In this document: positions 18,494 through 26,735 of the stretch, one piece after another | Numbering within the stretch: the first letter of the stretch is position 1 | Layout: each line of letters begins with the position of its first letter | Source: Bacteriovoracia bacterium | GTDB taxonomy: Bacteria > Bdellovibrionota > Bacteriovoracia > Bacteriovoracales > Bacteriovoracaceae | DNA: 39,860 bases | Assembly (NCBI GenBank): GCA_046570105.1 | Contig: JBKHVI010000023.1 | Coordinates: forward strand, 1 to 39,860 | Reading direction: 5' to 3' | Made by a program: the position numbers and the translations under genes | Notes under the pieces: generated by a model | Told to the model about the DNA's origin: nothing | Database searches by the model: none | The model's input: only the letters and a program-made list of their open reading frames with translations

Positions 18494-19786
18494 TCAGAGC
18501 AATTCACAGAGCAGTTTTTTCGACTTTTTGTATGTTACCATTCCTGCAGTTCCCGATACACCTCGAACGTTCTTTACTGCTGTGGAAATCACCTCTAATT
18601 CTGATGCGCTGATTCCCGATTGCTTTGCTATGAGAATTGCAGCTTCCTTCAGGTGGCCAGGTGTAGGAACTCCTGATTTTTCTAGTTTGATAATTGCGTG
18701 AGCGCTTGTTCCACTAGAAGCATGAACCCACCAATCATCTGCTTTTGCCCAGTTTTTTCGCATTTGATCATTTCCTTGCGCACTTAAACCTATGGCAATT
18801 TTATACTCATTAAACGAATGAACTTGATAATCACCTTGTTCTGATTTTTTTACTAATTTCTTTTCTACCTCATGCTGTTTCCAATTTGGCCCAATAACCG
18901 TTAGAAGATTTTCAGTTATTTCCGTATTTGTCTCAAGCCGTGTGAGCTCATTCTGGGCCTCCTGAAATCTATTCCTTTGTAGCTTTTCTGCTTCCCTCAA
19001 TCTCTTTATTTGTTCAAACAACCAACTTCTCTTCTGCCAAGGGCTAAGTGCTTTAGGAAATTTGTATTTGAGTTCAAAATGAACAAATTGTGTCTCATTT
19101 TCGTAATTAGTCGGATCATTTTTTTCAACAGTCTCTTGCATGGATTGCCAACGTTCAATTTTAACTAAGTCACCTGCAATCTTAGAGATTTTTGATTTAA
19201 GTGATTTGATTTTTTGCTTAGGTCGAGCTGTTCGTTTTGCTAAATTAAGTTCTTCTTCTAATAGGGTCTCAATTGAAACAACAGATTCGGAACTTACCCT
19301 GTCTTCAACTTTTCGACGTCCTACTTCATCAAATATCTCAAATGAAGCATCTCCCTCTTTGGAAGTTGACCAAGATGTAAACCAGGATTTAGCCTCACCA
19401 TTGTGTAGCGCAAAATAACAATGTCTTCCCACCCACGAAATATAAAGACTATGCACCACCCCGGCCTTCTGGGTTTCCAAAACAATACCTCGGTCAAGAG
19501 GATCCATTTTTATATTCAGTAAGAGAGAGCTTGAGAAATTTTTACGGCACCATTCTAGCCAACGATCTCTTTTTCTAAGAAATGATTGAGGTATTGATTC
19601 ACCTAACCATACTCCTTCACAACCTCCGCCTCGGCCTACATAAATCGAAATATTTTTTCCAGGAACCCTTACTTGAAAGCAAAGATAGCGTGAAGTGGAG
19701 AATATTTTTTGAATATGTCCCGGACGATTGATCGTCTGGGCAATCATCTCCACTTGCTGTTGGATTTGTGAATAGCGTGCTATCAT
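18494..19786 (-). CDS. NFACT family protein (RqcH/FbpA-like), shortened
   Basis: N-terminal IQKI...RK...LDRGIVLE...GRH (NFACT-N-like), central coiled coil, C-terminal NFACT-R (IAIGLSAQGND...DWWVHA...SAHAII...EAAILIA...VKNVR....GMVTY). Confidence 0.8.
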   Translation of the reverse strand: MIARYSQIQQQVEMIAQTINRPGHIQKIFSTSRYLCFQVRVPGKNISIYVGRGGGCEGVWLGESIPQSFLRKRDRWLEWCRKNFSSSLLLNIKMDPLDRGIVLETQKAGVVHSLYISWVGRHCYFALHNGEAKSWFTSWSTSKEGDASFEIFDEVGRRKVEDRVSSESVVSIETLLEEELNLAKRTARPKQKIKSLKSKISKIAGDLVKIERWQSMQETVEKNDPTNYENETQFVHFELKYKFPKALSPWQKRSWLFEQIKRLREAEKLQRNRFQEAQNELTRLETNTEITENLLTVIGPNWKQHEVEKKLVKKSEQGDYQVHSFNEYKIAIGLSAQGNDQMRKNWAKADDWWVHASSGTSAHAIIKLEKSGVPTPGHLKEAAILIAKQSGISASELEVISTAVKNVRGVSGTAGMVTYKKSKKLLCELL

Positions 19787-19795
19787 TTAGTTACC

Positions 19796-22162
19796 ATGAC
19801 TGTGATCAACCATGCCTCTTTTAAAATTCCAGAATGGCCTCAAGTGGTTGAGAAGATCACAGGCTACCTCTTCTTTGATTGTAACAAAGAACGATTAGCT
19901 GTGGATGACTTAGCTTGGTCAGCAAAATCAATTGAGCTCTCTTTTGATCGTTTGCAATTCTTTCAAGAATACTTAATTGATGAATATGCTCATACATTCT
20001 CTTCTCTTCTCAACCCACTTGATCCACAGGTTTCACTGCCTGATTTAGTAGGGCATGTTACCAAGGCAGGTTTTCTTGGGATTAGAGATCAAAATAGACT
20101 TATTCTTTCTTGGGAAGCAGCGTTGCATCTCGCCAAGGCCAGTTCAAGACATCATCTAAATCCCACCACTGGTATTCTTGGTCAGACACAAAAAACTGAC
20201 GTAACCAAGTTCCTTAAGGATTTTCGTCATCTCATTACAAAAGATGGAGAAATTGATTACAGCCGCCATCCCGAATTACAGATTTTAACATCACAACTCT
20301 ACGACCAAGAAGAAAGACTAAGGCGAATGGCCCAAGAACTTATTCGATCCGAAGAGTGGAAGTCTATTCTTCAATACGAAGGGTTTGATGTTCTCGATGA
20401 AAGATATGTTTTACCTGTTAGAACTGATTCTCACCGCACTGGTTTAGGTTTAATTATTTCGCGATCCGAATCAGGACACACTCTTTTTGTCGAGCCATAT
20501 GCCTGCCGAGACCTTTCTCAAAAGCGCCTAGAAACACTTTCCAAGATCAAAGAGATTACTTATCAAATTGAATCATCGTTTCATAAAAGATTGGTTGGTC
20601 TTGCTACCGAAGCAGCCGAAGCAGTAGAAGCTTTACTGCTATTCGATGAATATTTGGGAAAATCTAGATTCTGTCTCGCAATGGGGTTTTCGAGACCCAA
20701 AATACGAGACCGTGCGGGCTTTGCATTTCATGATCTCTTTCATCCATTAATAAAAAATCCTGTTAAGAATGACGTGTATATCGACAACACTCAAACAGCT
20801 CTCGTTATCTCAGGCCCCAATACTGGTGGCAAAACAGCTTTGTTGAAAGCGATAGCTCTTTCTTATCAACTTTACTTACGCGGACTTTTTGTACCCGCTC
20901 TCCATGCAGAACTTTATCCGTATCAAACACTGTTCTTTCTCGCCAATGATTTGCAAGACATTGGTATGGGATTAAGTTCATTTTCCGGTGAGGTTACAAC
21001 CTATTTGGCATTGTCTGAAAAGCTACAAGCACACAATCTCTTACTTATTGATGAGATCTTCAATTCAACAGCATCAGATGAAGCATCCGCTCTCGCACTT
21101 TCTATGATTGATAATTTTAATTTAAGAAAACAAACCCATTTTGTTCTTTCGACTCACCATCAACTCCTTAAGAACTTAGCAGGCGAAAGACCTACGGTTC
21201 TCTCTGGATCCATGGGCTTTGACGTCAGTGAAATGCGACCTAATTATCGCTTTTATCAAGGTGTACCAGGCCAATCAATGGCAATTGAAATTTTCGAGCG
21301 CTTAGCTGAAACAAATCCCTATGGAAAACTCATCGGTGAGGAAGCTCGGAGCCTTCTAGATAAAAAACAAGTGAACTATGAAAAACTAGTTCAACAGGTC
21401 GCTCAAAAAGGTCGTGAAATTGACGAACTTCTCCAAGCTAACAGGCTTAAAGAGCGAGATCTGATGAATCGCGAAAAATCTCTAGAGGGCCTTATGCGCT
21501 TACGAATGAATGACGAACTGACTCGTGCCAAAGAAAGGATAGATCAGATCACTAAAGATGCTATGGAAGTTTACGAACAAGCGAAGGCTGGCGAAATTCA
21601 AAGACCACGAAGAGCCGAAGACAAATTGAGCGATCTCAAAAGGCATCTCGACAAAGAATTTGGTGAAGCTCCCGCTTCAACAAACAATGAAGCAGATAAT
21701 CCAGCTGATTTATTGCCTGTGCATCAATTACGACCTGGAAATGTTTATTTCAACACTTTTTTGAAAAAGGAAGTGCAACTTCAAACGATTGATTGGAGAA
21801 AGCGCCAAGCAGTCGTAACGAAAGGTGCTCTAACCGTCAACGTACCGCTTAATACATTTAAAAAAGGGACTACCGTTGTAAATTCCTTTCAACAAATCCG
21901 CATAAGTGTAAGCAGAGAATCTGATCGCTCTTTCATACTTGATTGTCGCGGAATGAGACTCGAAGAATTTCAGCACGCAGTAGAGAAGGGTCTCGGTGAC
22001 TTGCTCTCCGGCGATACACCTGTTCTAAATGTTGTCCACGGTCATGGCGATGGTGTCCTAAAAGCTTGGCTTCGAGGACACATCGGTAAAAGTAAGGATT
22101 TTCGTTGGGACACGCCCGAAACGGGTAACGACGGTGAAACAGAAATTCGCCTTAGAGACTAG
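19796..22162 (+). CDS. mutS2: MutS2 family protein with C-terminal Smr domain
   Basis: RYVLPV, SESGHTLFVEP, HPLI, Walker A SGPNTGGKT, LSSFS, Walker B LLIDE, STH, GVPGQS, coiled coil, KOW-like region, Smr LDCRGM...VVHGHGDGVLK. Confidence 0.92.
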   Translation: MTVINHASFKIPEWPQVVEKITGYLFFDCNKERLAVDDLAWSAKSIELSFDRLQFFQEYLIDEYAHTFSSLLNPLDPQVSLPDLVGHVTKAGFLGIRDQNRLILSWEAALHLAKASSRHHLNPTTGILGQTQKTDVTKFLKDFRHLITKDGEIDYSRHPELQILTSQLYDQEERLRRMAQELIRSEEWKSILQYEGFDVLDERYVLPVRTDSHRTGLGLIISRSESGHTLFVEPYACRDLSQKRLETLSKIKEITYQIESSFHKRLVGLATEAAEAVEALLLFDEYLGKSRFCLAMGFSRPKIRDRAGFAFHDLFHPLIKNPVKNDVYIDNTQTALVISGPNTGGKTALLKAIALSYQLYLRGLFVPALHAELYPYQTLFFLANDLQDIGMGLSSFSGEVTTYLALSEKLQAHNLLLIDEIFNSTASDEASALALSMIDNFNLRKQTHFVLSTHHQLLKNLAGERPTVLSGSMGFDVSEMRPNYRFYQGVPGQSMAIEIFERLAETNPYGKLIGEEARSLLDKKQVNYEKLVQQVAQKGREIDELLQANRLKERDLMNREKSLEGLMRLRMNDELTRAKERIDQITKDAMEVYEQAKAGEIQRPRRAEDKLSDLKRHLDKEFGEAPASTNNEADNPADLLPVHQLRPGNVYFNTFLKKEVQLQTIDWRKRQAVVTKGALTVNVPLNTFKKGTTVVNSFQQIRISVSRESDRSFILDCRGMRLEEFQHAVEKGLGDLLSGDTPVLNVVHGHGDGVLKAWLRGHIGKSKDFRWDTPETGNDGETEIRLRD

Positions 22163-22944
22163 TCGATCAATTTTCCTATTCTCCACGGTCTAAATGCAAA
22201 CGCTTCTTGCTCATCTCCCCCCCAAGGCCATGGGAATGATAAAGAGAACCACGTAAGGATTGCTCTACCCTTAATATGACCAAAGGGAACAAATCCCCAC
22301 GAGCGAGAATCAGCAGAAAAATCTCGGTTATCACCCATCACAAAATAGTTATCCTTGGGAACTGTTACTTTGTAGTGGTTTGAATTAAAAATGTTATCAA
22401 GATCGATCTGAGTCACATGAGTGTGATCACCTGTCTTGGTCTCATAGAATTTAAAATTATAGCGCTTATACTTCTCATCCATATCTTCTTTCTGGGCTTT
22501 GCCATCGATCTCTTTCATCTCTAGAGGTTTGTCGTTGATATAGACCACTTTATCAATCACTTCGACTGTATCACCTGGAAGACCAACAACGCGCTTAATG
22601 TAATTTAGAGCTGGATCTTGCGGGTATTTAAATACCACAACATCGCCACGAGCAGGTTGTGATGGACCTGTTATATAAGTTGGGTCAGAGAACCAATCTG
22701 TAAATGGAACTTTAAATCCATAACTAAACTTATTAACGAGAATAAAATCGCCAATTAATAGAGTTGGGATCATCGATCCAGATGGAATCTTGAATGGTTC
22801 AAATAGAACTGAACGAAAAAGAAGAACGGAAAAAATAATGAATGTGAAAGACTTCGCTTCTTTTACAAATTTTTCTTTGCGAGAAAGTTTTGCAACTGCC
22901 GGAGTCTCTTCTGTTGGTGCCGGATTTACGTTCTGCTCTTCCAT
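22159..22944 (-). CDS. lepB: Signal peptidase I
   Basis: IPSGSMIPTL..GD (Ser), RGDVVVF, YIKRVVG (Lys), MGDNRDFSADSR. Start set at ATG 22944 with SD AAGGA. Confidence 0.95.
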   Translation of the reverse strand: MEEQNVNPAPTEETPAVAKLSRKEKFVKEAKSFTFIIFSVLLFRSVLFEPFKIPSGSMIPTLLIGDFILVNKFSYGFKVPFTDWFSDPTYITGPSQPARGDVVVFKYPQDPALNYIKRVVGLPGDTVEVIDKVVYINDKPLEMKEIDGKAQKEDMDEKYKRYNFKFYETKTGDHTHVTQIDLDNIFNSNHYKVTVPKDNYFVMGDNRDFSADSRSWGFVPFGHIKGRAILTWFSLSFPWPWGGDEQEAFAFRPWRIGKLID

Positions 22945-24191
22945 ATTTTCCTTCTCAGACTTGATGAGCGTTGTGATGTGCCCCAAATCATCTCTAAAAT
23001 TTCACGTGTTAATTGTGTTGATTTAACATACCACTTTTTCTTATTCACGATCATGACACAGAGGGATACTCCTCGGTCTTCGGGCTTATTTGGATTTCTG
23101 GCATAGGCCACAAACCAATCTCTTTTGCCGAAGGGCTCACCACCAGTGATCGAGCCTGTTTTGCCAGCAACCTCAATGTCACGCAACGATGATGGCAAAC
23201 GACGAAAGGCTCTTCGCGCTGTTCCTTCCAACACCGTAGCAATCATCATTTTGCGAAGATCTTCACTCGTTTCCGGAGCGATGACCATTTCTTGCTGTGG
23301 AGTTGGTTCCCAAATGACATTTTCATCTGAGTCTTCGACTCTCTTAAGTAGAATCGGTTTCTTCATAATCCCGCCATTCGCAATGACACTGGCAATCATG
23401 GCGCCATGAACTGGACTTATCATCGTACTTCGATTTAAACCTGAAGCCAGTTCAGCCAAATTATATTGATCAGCTGCCATAGGAAAGGTGGATTGTTCGG
23501 CTTGGGCAAACGGCACGATATCTTTATTGAAGCCAAACTTCTCTGCCATTTTCTTGAGGCCAGTTGGAGATAAGTTGTCTAATGCAGCCTTACCAAAAAT
23601 CACATTATTTGAACGCGCAAAAGCATGTTCAAAATCAGTTCGTCTCGACCAACGTCCGCCACTTTGCTTCAATTGATATTTGTAAAGAGTGGTAGAGCGA
23701 CCGGCAAATTGAAACTGTGTCTCATTTCCGACGTGTGTATTTTCTAAAAGATCTGCTGCAGTGACAATTTTAAAAATACTCGCTGCCGGATGGGTCGGTG
23801 CAAAAGTAGACAAACGATGGGGGCGAGTATCACCGCGGGCCATATCAAGTGCTGCTAAGACATGTCCATTGTTGTTATCAATCACTACAACAGAAGTGAA
23901 TTCGGGGCGATATTTACGTAAAATCTGTGCTACGGCTTCTTCCAATTCTGGGCGAACAGTATAACTGAGTTGGTAATCTTTCTTATCGATTTTTAACTTT
24001 GTGGGAAGGGTGCCAGTTTCATAGAAATTGCGATGAAATTCTTTTTTTAACAGCCCCACATCAAATGAAGCACCCATGAAAGGCAGTTTTTTAAGAAGGT
24101 CTAATGGGTTCGCCCCCGCCGCAAACGATAATCCGAACGTTGCAACGAGAAGTAGCGGCCATCCAATGATCCGCTTTCGTGATACTTTCAT
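22926..24191 (-). CDS. Penicillin-binding protein, transpeptidase domain only
   Basis: SxxK (SIFK), SxN (SNN), KTG (AGKTGS); N-terminal signal/anchor; no glycosyltransferase or full pedestal domain. Confidence 0.85.
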   Translation of the reverse strand: MKVSRKRIIGWPLLLVATFGLSFAAGANPLDLLKKLPFMGASFDVGLLKKEFHRNFYETGTLPTKLKIDKKDYQLSYTVRPELEEAVAQILRKYRPEFTSVVVIDNNNGHVLAALDMARGDTRPHRLSTFAPTHPAASIFKIVTAADLLENTHVGNETQFQFAGRSTTLYKYQLKQSGGRWSRRTDFEHAFARSNNVIFGKAALDNLSPTGLKKMAEKFGFNKDIVPFAQAEQSTFPMAADQYNLAELASGLNRSTMISPVHGAMIASVIANGGIMKKPILLKRVEDSDENVIWEPTPQQEMVIAPETSEDLRKMMIATVLEGTARRAFRRLPSSLRDIEVAGKTGSITGGEPFGKRDWFVAYARNPNKPEDRGVSLCVMIVNKKKWYVKSTQLTREILEMIWGTSQRSSSLRRKIWKSRT

Positions 24192-24200
24192 ACCTAGAGA

Positions 24201-24788
24201 TTATGCCTTGAAACCTTTCCCGATGACAAAAAATTCTTTCGACACAGAACGTGTCGATTTGGGACGAAGATACTGAAAATCCGCAAATTTATCTTTTTGG
24301 GCTTTCAAGAAAACCTGCGCATCATTGCTCTCGAAAACTTTTATTACAAAGTTTCCATTGGGCCTGAGTAATATTGGAAGCATACCAAAGACTGACTCAA
24401 TCAAATCGAGACTGCGAGCTTGATCTACTGTTTTAATTCCTGTGGTCTTTGGTGCCATATCAGACAAGACCACATCGAAAGGTCGCTCAACACCTAGGTC
24501 GGCTGGAGATTTAAGTTCGAAGATATCTTTCTCAAAAAGTACCAAATTTGGGAGCTGAAGTTTCTTATTCACCGGCTGAATATCAATTCCCACGACTTTA
24601 CCCGCAGAACCAACCTTGGGAGCAGTATACTGTGCCCATGAACCTGGAAAATAGCCTAAATCGACAACCAGATCGCCCTTTTTCAATATCTTAAAGCGCT
24701 GATCGATCTCCTCCAGCTTATAAACTGACCGGGCCAAGTAATTCTCATCCTTGGCTTTCTGATAATAATGATCTTTAACTTTAAACAT
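24201..24788 (-). CDS. rlmE: 23S rRNA Um2552 2'-O-methyltransferase (FtsJ family)
   Basis: DHYYQKAK..YLARSVYKL, VVDLG..PGSW, VLSDMAP, FVIKVF, STR..SKE (K-D-K-E tetrad). Start set at ATG 24788 (MFKVKDHY). Confidence 0.93.
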   Translation of the reverse strand: MFKVKDHYYQKAKDENYLARSVYKLEEIDQRFKILKKGDLVVDLGYFPGSWAQYTAPKVGSAGKVVGIDIQPVNKKLQLPNLVLFEKDIFELKSPADLGVERPFDVVLSDMAPKTTGIKTVDQARSLDLIESVFGMLPILLRPNGNFVIKVFESNDAQVFLKAQKDKFADFQYLRPKSTRSVSKEFFVIGKGFKA

Positions 24789-24839
24789 GGTCGGAACATG
24801 CCAGAGTGGGCCAAACTTTGGCAACCCTAGGAGTGAAAA

Positions 24840-25487
24840 GTGAAAAAACAGGATAAAGCGCCTGAAATCTATCGTCGCCTGACGAAGGCTTTTCCCGACG
24901 CTCACTGCGAATTAAATCACGAAACTCCCTTTCAGCTTCTGATTGCCACAATTCTCTCTGCTCAATGTACCGATGTAAGAGTCAATATGGTCACGCCGCT
25001 GCTTTTTAAGACCTATCCTACTCCTGAAAAATTAGCACTGGCAGACCAACTCTCGGTAGAAGAAATTATTCGCTCAACAGGTTTCTACAAGAATAAAGCA
25101 AAAAATATAATTGGCTGTGCTCAAGCTTTAGTTACTCATCACAAGGGACAGGTTCCTCAATCAATCGAAGAACTCGCGGCACTTCCGGGTGTGGGAAGGA
25201 AAACGGCCAATGTCGTACTGAGCAATTGCTTTGATATAAATGAAGGTGTTGTTGTCGATACGCACGTTAAAAGAATTAGCAATCTCTTGGGGCTCACCAA
25301 GGAAGAAACGCCTGAAAAAATCGAAGTCGATCTCATGAAACTTTTCCCTCAGAAAAATTGGGGAATGCTAAGCCATTTAATGATTTTTCTTGGGCGAAGA
25401 ACTTGTATTGCCAGACGTCCACAATGTGATCTTTGTGTATTACTAGATCTCTGCCCGTCTAAGTTAAAAAAGTCTCGCGCAAAATAG
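24840..25487 (+). CDS. nth: Endonuclease III
   Basis: LLIATILSAQCTD, HhH LPGVGRKTANV, VDTH, Fe-S motif C-X6-C-X2-C-X5-C; GTG start with SD AGGAG. Confidence 0.96.
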   Translation: MKKQDKAPEIYRRLTKAFPDAHCELNHETPFQLLIATILSAQCTDVRVNMVTPLLFKTYPTPEKLALADQLSVEEIIRSTGFYKNKAKNIIGCAQALVTHHKGQVPQSIEELAALPGVGRKTANVVLSNCFDINEGVVVDTHVKRISNLLGLTKEETPEKIEVDLMKLFPQKNWGMLSHLMIFLGRRTCIARRPQCDLCVLLDLCPSKLKKSRAK

Positions 25488-26187
25488 CACGCAATTCTGG
25501 TCGACACCAAATGAGAGGCGCAGAATATTTTTCTTGGCTTAAATCGGTTATAAGAGCGTCTGCACACCACATCTCTATTCCGCGCTGATGGCAGAGCATG
25601 GTTCCGGCAGCAATATCCCAAATATTTTTTGGCTTTAAACTCACGACAAAATCCGCAGCACCCGATGCCAACAGTGCAAGTTTAAATGCGATACTACCTC
25701 TTGCGATTAAATCGAACTCACCTTTTTTACTAGTAAAAAGATTTGCTTCCCACTCTGAGCGAGAGACTAATCCCAGTGGACGGCGATTAATCTTTTGTGG
25801 AATCCATGAAGCCTTGTCGTGTGACGAAAGTGAATAACCAGTAAAAGGATTTAGAATTAATGCATGACCATCAACTAGCTTAGGAGAACTCATAAAAGCT
25901 GCACTCACAGCACACTCTGCACGCCCAGCAACTAGCTCTCGAGTGCCGTCAATCGGATCTAAAATGAGAGCAGGGAATTGCAGCGAAGTGTGCTCTTCTT
26001 CAGAGTAGAAATGATATCCCTTGGCAGCGGAGTGTTGCTTGAAGAATTCAGATATCTTAGTGTCGATTTCAGTTATGAAAGTGTTGTCAGATTTTAACTT
26101 TGTTTCTGTGTAGTTAATGTCAGAAAGACTGTCACAAAAATGACGAAGCTCGCTTAAAAGCTGTTGGCCCAAGTAAGGTGCAAACAT
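25459..26187 (-). CDS. Inositol monophosphatase family (CysQ/SuhB-like)
   Basis: K.D....T..D, SEE, LDPIDGT, SRS, GSIAFKLA, IWDIAAG. Confidence 0.88.
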   Translation of the reverse strand: MFAPYLGQQLLSELRHFCDSLSDINYTETKLKSDNTFITEIDTKISEFFKQHSAAKGYHFYSEEEHTSLQFPALILDPIDGTRELVAGRAECAVSAAFMSSPKLVDGHALILNPFTGYSLSSHDKASWIPQKINRRPLGLVSRSEWEANLFTSKKGEFDLIARGSIAFKLALLASGAADFVVSLKPKNIWDIAAGTMLCHQRGIEMWCADALITDLSQEKYSAPLIWCRPELRAILRETFLT

Positions 26188-26379
26188 AATTCTGGCCCAA
26201 TATCCTCATAGATGGGGAAGATTTCCACAGAGTTCTCCCCCCATCATCGTTTCATGTTTAGAGGGCGAAGAGCCACAGGAACATCAAGAATTCTAAGGGT
26301 TTCAGTAAAATCTCTCTAGACACTCCGCGACTTAAAAAGCCATTTTAGAATGCTTGACAGAGAAACTTATCCCCAAAAT

Positions 26380-26655
26380 TCAGCCTTGTTGCTCTTGTAT
26401 GGCCAACATCTCCACCCAACCATCTTCTGCGATGGAAAGAGCGAAAACGCCTTCCTGCTCTGCCTTTTGACCATCTACCACATTCGTGACGAGCTTAACG
26501 CCGTAAGCGTCAACATACACAAAGGGCTCTGTAAGGTCTTCAGGGACAGTGTGGTGGGCAAGGGATTGATACGTGGACAGGAAATTAGCTACGACAAAGG
26601 CGGTAAGGGGGGCTTTAAACAACAGGTCCTCCTTGATCCGAAACATAGGGGACAT
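26380..26655 (-). CDS. Small acidic hypothetical protein (88-91 aa)
   Basis: Co-oriented with both neighbours; protein-like composition; preferred over the overlapping + strand ORF. Start is 26655 or 26646. Confidence 0.5.
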   Translation of the reverse strand: MSPMFRIKEDLLFKAPLTAFVVANFLSTYQSLAHHTVPEDLTEPFVYVDAYGVKLVTNVVDGQKAEQEGVFALSIAEDGWVEMLAIQEQQG

Positions 26656-26735
26656 TCAATTGTCCCGTTACTAAATTGTAACGTGAATTTTGAATTCGCC
26701 GCAAGGGCCAAGATGGCCCCACACAAATTTAACAA

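Noticed and set aside
24789..24905. Long N-terminal extension of rlmE overlapping nth
   Set aside because: Family similarity begins at MFKVKDHY (24788); the extension is antisense to the nth start.
26213..26375. DnaA-box-like sequences (ATTTCCACA 26221, TTATCCCCA 26367) near the switch in gene orientation, suggesting oriC
   Set aside because: Only mismatched boxes, no dnaA/gidA context, no clear unwinding element, and the + strand looks C-rich on both sides (no skew switch by eye).
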